DNA of 64,000 nt from an uncultured Muribaculaceae bacterium (GCA_964349315.1 CAYGGD010000001.1:758-64757); one strand, 5' to 3'; positions 36,974 through 46,046 are shown, counted from the stretch's first letter. Program-made: numbers and translations. Notes: a model not told the origin generated them from the letters alone.

Positions 36974-38206
36974 TTAATAACTATTTGTATCAATATCTTT
37001 TAGAATCAGTGTAGAGTTTGTGCCCCCAAAACCAAAAGAATTAGAGAGTAAATGATCAAACTTAAAGTCGACAAGTTTATTTGATATTCTGAGTCTTGAT
37101 GAGGCTTCGTCAGCTTTGTTATAGTTTATTGTAGGAGCAATAAATGAGTTTTTCATCATAAGAACAGAATAGACAATCTCGCTTGCACCTGCCATCCACA
37201 TCTCATGTCCGGTAAGACTTTTGGTTGATCCTACATATGGTTTGTGATCTCCGAAGACTTCGTCAATTGCCAGAGCTTCGTTAAAATCACCAATCGGAGT
37301 CGATGTCGCATGGGCATTGATATAACCAATATCTTCTCTCCTGACTCCCGCCAAATCGAGAGCCATTAATAAAGATCGCTTTGGACCTTCAATATTTGGC
37401 ACAGAAATATGGTCTCCGTTTGACGAAAAACCATAAGACAATATCTCGGCTAAAATTGGAGCCCCCCTCTTTATCGCAGATTCGTAACTCTCCAGAATTA
37501 CTGTTGCAGCTCCTCCGCTGGGAACAAGTCCATCTCTGTCGGCGTCAAAGGGCCTTGATGCCTCCAAAGGAGAGTCGTTTCTTACCGAGAAGGCGTTCAA
37601 ACCATCAAAACTGGAAACAGCATACTTGTTCACCTCCTGAGCTCCTCCGCAAATAATACACTCCTGAAGACCATTCTTTATCATCATAAAAGCCATTCCT
37701 ATTGAGTGTGAACCACTTGCACAAGCTCCTGCAATAGTCAGGTTAATACCCTTAAGTCTGAATATTACAGAAAGATTCATTGTTACTGTCGAGTTCATAG
37801 ACTGAAAAACAGAGCCCGACCCAACCAATGTAGTATTCTTCTTTTCTCTTATTAAATCGACCCCCTCAACTACGGCAAGAGCACTGCTGTCATTCCCGTA
37901 CAAAATTCCAACCTCACGACTATCCAGAAAATTATCATTTATGCCCGCATTATTAAGTGCCTCTGCTGTTGCAACATACGCATAGGCCGCCTCCTGTGAC
38001 ATTGATATTCTCTTCCGTCTGTCAAGCACCTTTGTAAGATTAGGTTTGGGCAGAATACCCGTAAGGGATGAGCGAAATCCAAACTCAGCTCTCTCCGGAT
38101 CTATTCCTATTCCGGATTTTCCCTGTTTAAGAGAATCAAGAACATCATTTAAATTTTGTCCGATACATGAGTAGATTCCCATGCCTGTAATAACCACTCT
38201 GGCCAT
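36974..38206 (-). CDS. Beta-ketoacyl-ACP synthase (FabB/FabF-like)
   Basis: GACASG, HATST, TGHEMW, NSFGFGG. Confidence 0.92.
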   Translation of the reverse strand: MARVVITGMGIYSCIGQNLNDVLDSLKQGKSGIGIDPERAEFGFRSSLTGILPKPNLTKVLDRRKRISMSQEAAYAYVATAEALNNAGINDNFLDSREVGILYGNDSSALAVVEGVDLIREKKNTTLVGSGSVFQSMNSTVTMNLSVIFRLKGINLTIAGACASGSHSIGMAFMMIKNGLQECIICGGAQEVNKYAVSSFDGLNAFSVRNDSPLEASRPFDADRDGLVPSGGAATVILESYESAIKRGAPILAEILSYGFSSNGDHISVPNIEGPKRSLLMALDLAGVRREDIGYINAHATSTPIGDFNEALAIDEVFGDHKPYVGSTKSLTGHEMWMAGASEIVYSVLMMKNSFIAPTINYNKADEASSRLRISNKLVDFKFDHLLSNSFGFGGTNSTLILKDIDTNSY

Positions 38207-38234
38207 AAACTATTTATTTCTCTTATATATTTAG

Positions 38235-38963
38235 TTATGTATAAAGTCCTCCGTTTACAGATATCACCTCTCCTGTAATATAGGATGCCTCCTTTGAGGC
38301 AAGGAAAGCAACAACAGCCGCAACCTCTTCCGGCTTTCCAAATCTCTCCATAGGTATCTGCTTTCTGAGTACAGACTCATCCAGGTCGCTTGTCATATCA
38401 CTAATGATAAACCCTGGTGCCACTGCATTCACAGTAATACCCTTCTTTGCCACCTCTTGCGCTAACGCTTTTGTTGCAGCAATGACCCCCCCTTTGGATG
38501 CGGAGTAGTTTGTCTGTCCGGGAAGCCCCTTTATTCCTGATAGTGAAACTATATTTATTATCCTTCCAAATCTCTTTACAATCATATCCTTCAGAAGTGG
38601 TCTGGTAACATAGAACATTCCGCTAAGGTTTGTCTCAATAACACTGTGCCACTCAGACTCCTCCATCCACATCATCAGGTTATCACTGCGTATTCCTGCA
38701 TTGTTCACAACAATTTCAATATACTCTCCGGGGTTAGCCTCGCTCCACCCCTTTATAGCAGCCTCGGTTTGTTCTCTGTCCGAAACATCAAATTTAACGA
38801 GAGTTGATAAACCACCCGCTTGAGAAATAAGCTCAGCGCACTCCTCTGCAGCAATATCGTTAGATTTGTAGTTAATAAGAGTGTGATAACCCATAGCGGC
38901 GAGCTTTATAGCAACCGCCCTTCCAATACCTCTGCCTGCACCCGTAACTAAAGCGTATTTCAT
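38235..38963 (-). CDS. fabG: 3-oxoacyl-ACP reductase (cluster ketoreductase)
   Basis: TGAGRGIG, VNNAG, NYSASK (YxxxK), NAVAPG. Confidence 0.92.
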   Translation of the reverse strand: MKYALVTGAGRGIGRAVAIKLAAMGYHTLINYKSNDIAAEECAELISQAGGLSTLVKFDVSDREQTEAAIKGWSEANPGEYIEIVVNNAGIRSDNLMMWMEESEWHSVIETNLSGMFYVTRPLLKDMIVKRFGRIINIVSLSGIKGLPGQTNYSASKGGVIAATKALAQEVAKKGITVNAVAPGFIISDMTSDLDESVLRKQIPMERFGKPEEVAAVVAFLASKEASYITGEVISVNGGLYT

Positions 38964-38978
38964 TATAATACCTTTTTA

Positions 38979-40502
38979 TTATTTTGTATTTTTCAAGAAA
39001 TTTACAATAGCTTCAATCTCTTTATATTTAGGAGTATCGTCAGAAAATTTCGGAAAAAATTCTCTAATGGCAAAGTAGATCTCCTGACTCTCTTGTGAGA
39101 TTTCATTCTCTATGCCGAGATAATCTATCGCCTGTAAGAGCGCCATAAAGTGAATTGCCATAACCTGATACCCATTCTCAATTACTTTGGCGGCCATAAG
39201 TGCCGAATTTGTACCCATACTTACGATATCCTGGTTATCGTTATTGTTTGGGATTGAGTGGACATAAACAGAGTTTGAGAGAGTCTGAGACTCTGCTGTG
39301 GTGGATGTTGCAGTAAATTGTGCTGCCTGTAGCCCATAGTTAAGACCAAGTACCCCAAGATTTACAAACGGGGGTAGAATCCCGTTTATTTTATCGTGAA
39401 ACAGATAGTTTAGCTGCCTTTCGGTTAACATGGTAAGCTTTGTAATTGCAATTTTTAGCTTATCCATCTCAAAACTGACATAATCGCCGTGAAAATTACC
39501 TCCGTGATAGATATTTTGAGTTTCAGGGTCAACAACCGGATTGTCACATACACTGTTAAACTCCCTCTCAACCACGTCTTTAGCATTGCAAAGAGTATCA
39601 TAAACCGGCCCCAGAATCTGAGGAACGCATCTTAATGAGTAGTATCCCTGTACCTTTTCTTTAAAGATTCGGCTATTGTTACTCCCGTTATAAAGATCAG
39701 ATTCTCTTTTCTTTAATCTGGAAGATGTAGCGAATATCTCTCTCATCTGAGCAGCGATATAGAGCTGACCACTATGTGGCCTGCTATCCATAAGCGGTTC
39801 AGAAACAAAATCGTCATAGGAAAAGGCAATCTCATTCATCATCGCAGATGCCAGGGTTGCCCACTTAATTAGTTGTTGAGAGAAGTGGATATTTACAGCC
39901 GCTATTCCGGTCATTACACTGGTTCCGTTGGCAATGGCGAGCCCCTCTCTTATGTAAATCTCAAGTGGTTTTAAATTGCATTCCTTCAACACCTCTTTGG
40001 TCTCTCTCAACTCCCCTTTATAAAATACTTCTCCCTCTCCAATAAGTGCAAGCCCTATATGTGCCATCTGAACCAAATCTCCACTTGCCCCCACTCCTCC
40101 GTGCTCTGGAATCAGAGGACAGATATCATTGTTAAGGAAAGCAACAAGGAGATCACAAAGTTCTTTGTTCACCCCGGACTTACCCTTGAGAAAGTTTGAA
40201 AGTCTTGCAAGCATGGCAGCCCGAACATAAACAAGAGGTAACGCGTCTCCTGCACCACAAGCATGAGAACGAATAATATTGTACTGAAGGGATTTGAGTT
40301 GCTCATCCTCAACACGAAACTGGGCCATTGGTCCAAATCCGGTATTAATACCGTAAATCACCTTCTTCTTTGAGAAACTCTCGAGAAAATCATAACACTC
40401 AACAACCTTTTTCCGGACAGATTTATCAATAGAGATTCTCTCTATATTCAAAACAATCGAAGTTATATCTTGATAAGATAAATTAAGGCCTAATTCTATC
40501 AC
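38979..40502 (-). CDS. MIO-dependent aromatic amino acid ammonia-lyase, probable tyrosine ammonia-lyase (FlxA/FjTAL-like)
   Basis: YGINTGFG, GVGASGD (ASG forms MIO), NGTS, YSLRC, HGGNFHG, NNDNQDIVSMG. First gene of the cluster. GTG 40502 preferred because the longer ORF runs through the promoter and terminator. Confidence 0.88.
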   Translation of the reverse strand: MIELGLNLSYQDITSIVLNIERISIDKSVRKKVVECYDFLESFSKKKVIYGINTGFGPMAQFRVEDEQLKSLQYNIIRSHACGAGDALPLVYVRAAMLARLSNFLKGKSGVNKELCDLLVAFLNNDICPLIPEHGGVGASGDLVQMAHIGLALIGEGEVFYKGELRETKEVLKECNLKPLEIYIREGLAIANGTSVMTGIAAVNIHFSQQLIKWATLASAMMNEIAFSYDDFVSEPLMDSRPHSGQLYIAAQMREIFATSSRLKKRESDLYNGSNNSRIFKEKVQGYYSLRCVPQILGPVYDTLCNAKDVVEREFNSVCDNPVVDPETQNIYHGGNFHGDYVSFEMDKLKIAITKLTMLTERQLNYLFHDKINGILPPFVNLGVLGLNYGLQAAQFTATSTTAESQTLSNSVYVHSIPNNNDNQDIVSMGTNSALMAAKVIENGYQVMAIHFMALLQAIDYLGIENEISQESQEIYFAIREFFPKFSDDTPKYKEIEAIVNFLKNTK

Positions 40503-40526
40503 AATTAAAATTTTCCAAACAATTCG

Positions 40527-40555
40527 CAAAGATAGAAAAAAAAATGCCCTGACAA
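40527..40555 (-). promoter_or_regulatory. Promoter of the APE-DAR cluster
   Basis: TTG (40555-40553), 18-nt spacer, TATCTTTG (40534-40527), 24 nt before GTG 40502. Confidence 0.65.
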
Positions 40556-40588
40556 CATTATGTTTCCAGTACAAATGTATTCAGGGCA
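40536..40588 (-). terminator. Intrinsic terminator downstream of the 40612-41067 gene
   Basis: Minus strand: TGCCCTGAATACATT...AATGTTGTCAGGGCA stem (15 bp, 2 mismatches) followed by 9 T. Confidence 0.75.
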
Positions 40589-40611
40589 ATGGAAAAATAT
40601 CTTTTATCTCT

Positions 40612-41067
40612 CTATCTCTGACATTTTTTGAGATACTTTGCCAATCTTTTTGCTCTCTCGCCGGAGAACTCTATAAAATCTGAGGTATCTTCGTATTTAT
40701 GAGGAACAAATTTAAGCAACTTGACTACTGCAAACTCCTCATCTTTGGTCATCATTACATCAAGACGGCCGCTTCCGTAGTCATTGAAGTAGATAATCAG
40801 AGTATTCTCATCAATCTCACCTCTCAAGATGTTTTCAAGGGCCGAAATGTTATCCTTATCGAAGTAGAAAGAGCTCCTTTTCACCGGGCTACCTGTCGGG
40901 TTATAAACTTCGTGTTTTATTCTGAATGCAAATAGTACCATTGCCAACAATATCAACAATATACCTGTAGACAGATCGGCAGAGATAAATGCAATAACAG
41001 AAATTGCGGCAATCAAAAAAGAGAGAACCAGTACTTTAATATTAACCTTTTTTATAATCGTATCCAT
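40612..41067 (-). CDS. Conserved hypothetical membrane protein (two N-terminal TMs)
   Basis: Two hydrophobic helices then VYNPTGS and KFVPHKYE; A-rich start context; followed by a terminator. Confidence 0.7.
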   Translation of the reverse strand: MDTIIKKVNIKVLVLSFLIAAISVIAFISADLSTGILLILLAMVLFAFRIKHEVYNPTGSPVKRSSFYFDKDNISALENILRGEIDENTLIIYFNDYGSGRLDVMMTKDEEFAVVKLLKFVPHKYEDTSDFIEFSGERAKRLAKYLKKCQR

Positions 41068-41168
41068 ATTTTTAGTTTTGTATGATTTTAGTTAAGATTA
41101 GATGTGTGCATAGCACAACACCCTGTATCGTTATCAGATACAGAATCATGTTCTTCCTAAAAAGAGGG

Positions 41169-41558
41169 CTAAACGATTATCTCTCTCAGATTATACACAA
41201 AGTAACTCTTACTGTATGTGAAGAAATGTGCTACTCCTTTCTCATTGTGTCCGGGCGTGTTAGCATACCTCTGCTCTAAAAGTCTCTCTCTAAAAAGTGA
41301 GAAGTGAGCATTTTTCCCCGATTTGCAATTGAAATAGTGAAAAGAGTAAGAGAGTCTGCTAAAAGGAATTACAGCCAAAATAGGCGTGGATTCCGAGAGG
41401 GTATATGAAAATTGGTTATTGAGAGGTGGTATTTGAGTATTTTTAGTCTTTGAACCCATCGAGAAATCGAGTAAAGCAAAGATAGTTACAATAGATAGCA
41501 ATGTAACCAGGCCAGTGAGTCCCACTAATCTCTTATTCAATCTATATACTCTTTTCAT
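41169..41558 (-). CDS. Hypothetical protein with a single N-terminal TM segment
   Basis: ATG preceded by TTG-N19-TACCTTCG promoter-like element; LVGLTGLVTLLSIVTIFALL helix; no recognisable family. Confidence 0.4.
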   Translation of the reverse strand: MKRVYRLNKRLVGLTGLVTLLSIVTIFALLDFSMGSKTKNTQIPPLNNQFSYTLSESTPILAVIPFSRLSYSFHYFNCKSGKNAHFSLFRERLLEQRYANTPGHNEKGVAHFFTYSKSYFVYNLREIIV

Positions 41559-41567
41559 TTGAAGGCC

Positions 41568-41597
41568 CGAAGGTAGCTATAATTGTATAATTAGCAA
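41568..41597 (-). promoter_or_regulatory. Promoter-like element upstream of the 41558 ORF
   Basis: TTG (41597-41595), 19-nt spacer, TACCTTCG (41575-41568; one mismatch to consensus). Confidence 0.45.
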
Positions 41598-41611
41598 GAG
41601 CATCTAAAACA

Positions 41612-42268
41612 CTAGGCAACAAGATCTGAGTTGCCTGAGAGGGTGAAGCTATCATTACGGTGCTCTCTCTCGTCAAGACCAATTCGTCTGAACACATCTG
41701 CCCAGTTTTCTACATCGGCATACCTCTTCACAAGAGGGTTCTCAACTTTTTGATTCTCCCACTCCGGATTATCTGAAACCATACCTGCATAAACATGCTC
41801 TGCATGGTCTTCAAACTCACCGTTAAAATGGAATGCCCCTTTTATGTTAATCCGGGCTATAATTTTTGCAATAATAATGTAGGTTAAAACAAAAAAGGCC
41901 GTAAAGAATGGCTTTAAATACCAGGCCTCTTCTATACCATCTTCTTTCATCTTTTCATTAATCACCTGAAGATGATCGAATTCGTTATCCTGAGCATGGC
42001 GGCTCCAATCAATTACCCCCTCGGCACTCGCCACCTTGTCCAGATTGCGGAAAGAGCGGGTTATATTTCTATACTTCCTGATTTCCCATTCGCGGTAAGG
42101 TATAGATGCAAGAATCTCCAAAAGCATTGCTTTTGACAGAGTGTTCTTCTTTCCTGTAACTAAATCCATCGAAAAGAAGAAGAATTGTGCGGCAAAACTA
42201 TATTTTAATCTTGGACGCGAAAGAGTTGCCATCTGTTCTGATCTTAGATCTGCTTGTTGTTTTTCCAT
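41612..42268 (-). CDS. Alternative oxidase/PTOX-like di-iron carboxylate protein
   Basis: LEILASIPY (E51), NEFDHL (E96/H99), FEDHAEHVY (E153, Y160), DEREH (E200/H203); hydrophobic stretch at residues 121-137. Confidence 0.78.
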   Translation of the reverse strand: MEKQQADLRSEQMATLSRPRLKYSFAAQFFFFSMDLVTGKKNTLSKAMLLEILASIPYREWEIRKYRNITRSFRNLDKVASAEGVIDWSRHAQDNEFDHLQVINEKMKEDGIEEAWYLKPFFTAFFVLTYIIIAKIIARINIKGAFHFNGEFEDHAEHVYAGMVSDNPEWENQKVENPLVKRYADVENWADVFRRIGLDEREHRNDSFTLSGNSDLVA

Positions 42269-44754
42269 ATACGTTTATAGTTAATTAGTTGTCCTGTAAT
42301 TGCGGCAATGGTCAATACCAAAAGGATGCCTGAAATTATTCTTGACATAAGCTCCCCTTTTGTAAAAGAATCTGGTTTAAACTCAAACTCAATTATGTTG
42401 TTTCCGGGGGGAACCTTTAATCCCCTTAAAACATAGTTTACACGAATAATCTCTGAAGAAACTCCGTTTACTTTGGCTTTCCAGCCGGCCGGGTAGTAAA
42501 TCTCACTGAAAACCGCAATTCTGGGCACTTCCGAATTGTAGCTGTAAACCAATTTGTTTGGCTCATAACTGACAAGCTCAATCCCCTCTTTGGCAGAGAG
42601 GGAATCAGCAGAGATTCCGGTAATTGCGTCGGCAAACTGAGAGTGAACAACCGCTGTGTTGTTTAAGTTCAATCCTCTGTTTACATCCAGCATTTCAATC
42701 TCCTGAGTGAGACTCTCCACCATATGGACATTGGTGACAAACCAGCTGTTTCCGAAAGCGTAAGTGTTAACCAGTGGCGGATTGTCCGGAGCAATTACGA
42801 TGTACCTGGTGTTAAGCATATTTAAAACCGGGTAAAAACCAAGGGCCTCCTGTGCCTGTTCAATAGTATTGACATCTGACAAATCCTGTGCTAGTGCACC
42901 TATTTCAGAGGTGATATGACGGTCTATAATATCCTGGTAAATCTGAAGTTTTGCAGGACTATAACCCCCGATTGTTTTATGGTGATAGCTGGTATGGGAG
43001 TCGTTAAAGGTATTAACGAATAAATCTAAAACCCTGTAATTAGGGTCTTTATCCTCCTTAATAGCAATATCTACAGGCCTTAGAGAATACTGATTTTCAA
43101 ACTCTGTACGCCTTACAAAATGTGTATCGTTCAAATAGCGTTTTCCTACAACCCATAAATCTAATATAATCAATAGCGCGACAGCTCCATACATCAGCTC
43201 TCTTTTGAGCTTTCCTTTAAATGAAAACCAAACCACACCGGCCGCAATTACAATAAAAGCAAGCGAACGTAAAGCATCTGCTCTTAAAAGAGCGATTCTG
43301 TCTGCTACAAGCGATTGTCTTAGTATGTCGGGCATTCTGGAATCGGCCTGAGATACAAACGAGCCGGCAAGAGAGGGTATAAGTGCAAAGAGAACGCAAA
43401 AACCTGCAGTGAGAGCCAATGCGACAGTAATCCCTTTTTTAAAATCTTTTTTAACGAATTCTCTCTCTTTACCACTTATTTTGTCCAGGACTAAAATTGC
43501 AAGGAGAGGTATGGTTATCTGAAGTATAACCAGAATCATCGACACCGTACGAAACTTGCTGTAAAGTGGAACATTTTTAAAGAAAAACTCTGTTAAAAAG
43601 AGCAGGTTCGATCCCCACGAGAGCAATACCGCCAGCAGTGAGACACCTGCAACCCACCATTTCAAGGGACCTTTGAGCAGAGCTAATCCCAGAACGAAAA
43701 GGAATACCGATATAGCCCCCATATACATCGGGCCTGCCGTAAAGGGCTGCGGCCCCCAGTACAGCGGCAATTGCCTGATAATTTGATCGGCCCCCCGGTA
43801 ACCTTCTGAGGTGAGCGCTCTGTATGTTTCGGAATCTCTTGAAAGTTTGCCTCCTGAGGCACCTCCGTTAAAGTTGGGAATCATAAGATTTGGCATCTCT
43901 TCGGGGCTGTACGACCAACTGGTGGCGTATGATATATCAAGGCCCCGCTGATCTTTTCCCTGTTCAAGTGCCAGCTCCGAGCCACCTCTCATGGTATATT
44001 TGGAATATTCGTAAGTTGGCCAAAGATGATTTACATTTACTGCAATACCGAGTAGCCCCGCAACCAGAAGCATAGCCGATTTTTTTATAAAAAGAGGCAG
44101 GCATCTCTTTTTTACAGCTGTGTACAATTCTGCAATGGCAAAGGCAACCACAATCATAGCCAAATAGTAGGTTATTTGTGGATGATTTGCCTTTATCTGA
44201 AAACTTAATGCAAATGCAAAAAGAACTGAACCCAAAATGCAATTTTTTCGATACGCATAGGTAATTGCAGCCAACACCCATGGCATAAAGGCAATAGCTA
44301 CCATCTTGGAGTTATGTCCCACCTGTATGATTTGCATATTGTATGAGCAAAAAGTGATAGCAAATGCACCTATTGCCGATAGCCATACATTTACTCCAAA
44401 GGCAAGAAAAAGCAAGAAAGCGCCAACCAAACTTATCAGCAGATAGCTTGGCGGACGGGTTCCCGATAGTTTGTGGATCAGCTTGTAAAAATAGTCGGTG
44501 TAGTCTCCCTGATAAATGACAGATATCGCAGTTGCCGGCATCCCTCCAAACATAGAATTTGTCCATAATGTCGGATCTTTCCCGGGGTTGGCCTCATTAT
44601 ACTCGATAATTTCATTTGCCATACCTCTCCAGGCAGCTATATCCGACTGGTTTACAACTTTATTGCTTAAAACCTGAGGTGTAAAAAGATAGGCCACCAC
44701 ATAAAACAGTGCAATAATTACAACATATGGCCAGTATTTTTTTAACGCTTCCAT
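42244..44754 (-). CDS. YfhO-family (GT-C fold) membrane glycosyltransferase
   Basis: LWTNSMFGGMP, ANHPQITYY, FTAGPMY, GGYSPAK, VFSEIYYPAGWKA; polytopic, 836 aa. Confidence 0.85.
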   Translation of the reverse strand: MEALKKYWPYVVIIALFYVVAYLFTPQVLSNKVVNQSDIAAWRGMANEIIEYNEANPGKDPTLWTNSMFGGMPATAISVIYQGDYTDYFYKLIHKLSGTRPPSYLLISLVGAFLLFLAFGVNVWLSAIGAFAITFCSYNMQIIQVGHNSKMVAIAFMPWVLAAITYAYRKNCILGSVLFAFALSFQIKANHPQITYYLAMIVVAFAIAELYTAVKKRCLPLFIKKSAMLLVAGLLGIAVNVNHLWPTYEYSKYTMRGGSELALEQGKDQRGLDISYATSWSYSPEEMPNLMIPNFNGGASGGKLSRDSETYRALTSEGYRGADQIIRQLPLYWGPQPFTAGPMYMGAISVFLFVLGLALLKGPLKWWVAGVSLLAVLLSWGSNLLFLTEFFFKNVPLYSKFRTVSMILVILQITIPLLAILVLDKISGKEREFVKKDFKKGITVALALTAGFCVLFALIPSLAGSFVSQADSRMPDILRQSLVADRIALLRADALRSLAFIVIAAGVVWFSFKGKLKRELMYGAVALLIILDLWVVGKRYLNDTHFVRRTEFENQYSLRPVDIAIKEDKDPNYRVLDLFVNTFNDSHTSYHHKTIGGYSPAKLQIYQDIIDRHITSEIGALAQDLSDVNTIEQAQEALGFYPVLNMLNTRYIVIAPDNPPLVNTYAFGNSWFVTNVHMVESLTQEIEMLDVNRGLNLNNTAVVHSQFADAITGISADSLSAKEGIELVSYEPNKLVYSYNSEVPRIAVFSEIYYPAGWKAKVNGVSSEIIRVNYVLRGLKVPPGNNIIEFEFKPDSFTKGELMSRIISGILLVLTIAAITGQLINYKRIWKNNKQI

Positions 44755-46043
44755 TATTTATTCTCTTTATTATTTACAATCCTGTCTAAAATTGAAGCCA
44801 TTCCGGCTGTAAGCTCCCTTCTCGAATATTTTTCTATATCTCCTTTTATCGACACCAATTTTCCATCAAGGTACCTCTGATACATTTCTCCTATCCACTC
44901 TCTGACACCATCGCGGTTATTGTAAGCAAACATCTTTCCGTGCCCGCTCTCATCCAAAGCTGTGTCCATATCGCCACCTTTTGGGCCAAATCCCAGAATT
45001 GGTCTGCCTGCGGCAAGGTACTCAAAAAATTTTCCTGTCATTATTCCGGCAGACTCCGGCTCCTCACCTCCTGCAAGCAACAGGAGTGCTCCCTTTTTTT
45101 GATAACCTACTACCTGCTCGTGCGAAAGATATCCTTGCTGCTGCAAATAAGGGCTTAATGATTTTTCTTTAATATTCTGAGTAATTGAAGAGTCGATATT
45201 GCCAATTAGGCAAATCTTTAAGTCTTTTGCAAACACCTCATTTTTACTGCACATTTCTGATAGCACATCCCAAAGAATAACGGGATTCTGAGTCTTAACA
45301 AAGAGCCCGGTATACACTATAGAAAAAGAGTTTACCGGCTCACTACTCTGCGTATCAAAATCGGAAGTATCGTATCCATTGGTAATGACATCTACTTTAT
45401 CTCTCCATTGCTGTAGCTCTTTTGCAATTGTGGAGGAAACAGTAACTACTGCATCGGCACCGGCAACTACTCTGCGCTCAAGGCGGGCAAGTATTCTTTT
45501 AACAATACTGGTGTAACCCATGTACTTAAAATTATACATTTTAGTCCAAGGATCTCTGAAATCGGCCAGCCATGGGATACCTGAATCTCTGGACAGTTTT
45601 TCTGCTATTAAATGCATCGAGTGGGGAGGTCCTGTACTGACAACTGCGTCTATCCTGTTATTTATTAGATAGCTCTTGAGGTACCGGACCGAAGGTTTAA
45701 TCCAGAATTTTTTGGGATCTGGAATAAAAAAGTTGCTGCGGATAAAAAGTGAGAGGTACCCTGTATCGCTGATAAAACCTGGTTTAAGAGTCTCTCCTTT
45801 TTTCCCTTTTATAAATTTATAAAGAGAGTAGGGTTCGAAAATTGCTCTTTTAATAACCTCTATCCCCTCCGGAATCTCCTTTTCAAGAGAGCTGTCAACT
45901 GCCATAAACTCTGGATTAGCAGGGGTGTACACTATTGGCTCGTAGCCAAACTCCCTTAGGTATTTGACAAATTTAAGCCACCTTTGCACTCCGGATCCAC
46001 CCGAAGGGGGCCAGTAATAGGTTATTATAAGAACTCTTTTCAT
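44754..46043 (-). CDS. Glycosyltransferase family 4
   Basis: ITYYWPPSGGSGVQRWLKF, STGPPHSMH, DFRDPW, GKFFEYLAAGRPIL. Confidence 0.9.
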   Translation of the reverse strand: MKRVLIITYYWPPSGGSGVQRWLKFVKYLREFGYEPIVYTPANPEFMAVDSSLEKEIPEGIEVIKRAIFEPYSLYKFIKGKKGETLKPGFISDTGYLSLFIRSNFFIPDPKKFWIKPSVRYLKSYLINNRIDAVVSTGPPHSMHLIAEKLSRDSGIPWLADFRDPWTKMYNFKYMGYTSIVKRILARLERRVVAGADAVVTVSSTIAKELQQWRDKVDVITNGYDTSDFDTQSSEPVNSFSIVYTGLFVKTQNPVILWDVLSEMCSKNEVFAKDLKICLIGNIDSSITQNIKEKSLSPYLQQQGYLSHEQVVGYQKKGALLLLAGGEEPESAGIMTGKFFEYLAAGRPILGFGPKGGDMDTALDESGHGKMFAYNNRDGVREWIGEMYQRYLDGKLVSIKGDIEKYSRRELTAGMASILDRIVNNKENK

Positions 46044-46046
46044 TAA

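Larger units (their letters stand above)
11464..40502 (-). other. Aryl polyene-dialkylresorcinol (flexirubin-type) biosynthetic gene cluster, 27 co-oriented genes
   Basis: TAL, CoA ligase, KS/CLF, ACPs, KR, DH, TE, DarA/DarB and export genes; gaps of about 30 bp or less, or overlaps, throughout. Confidence 0.92.

Noticed and set aside
38979-40502. Histidine utilisation gene hutH
   Set aside because: No hutU/I/G nearby; it heads an aryl polyene operon and resembles the Flavobacterium TAL.
11464-40502. Recent horizontal acquisition of the cluster
   Set aside because: No flanking integrase, tRNA or direct repeats. I could not compute GC or codon statistics, and the visible purine bias is explained by strand orientation.
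40503-40574. Longer N-terminus of the ammonia-lyase (MYWKHNVV...)
   Set aside because: It runs through the terminator hairpin and promoter; family similarity starts near GTG 40502.
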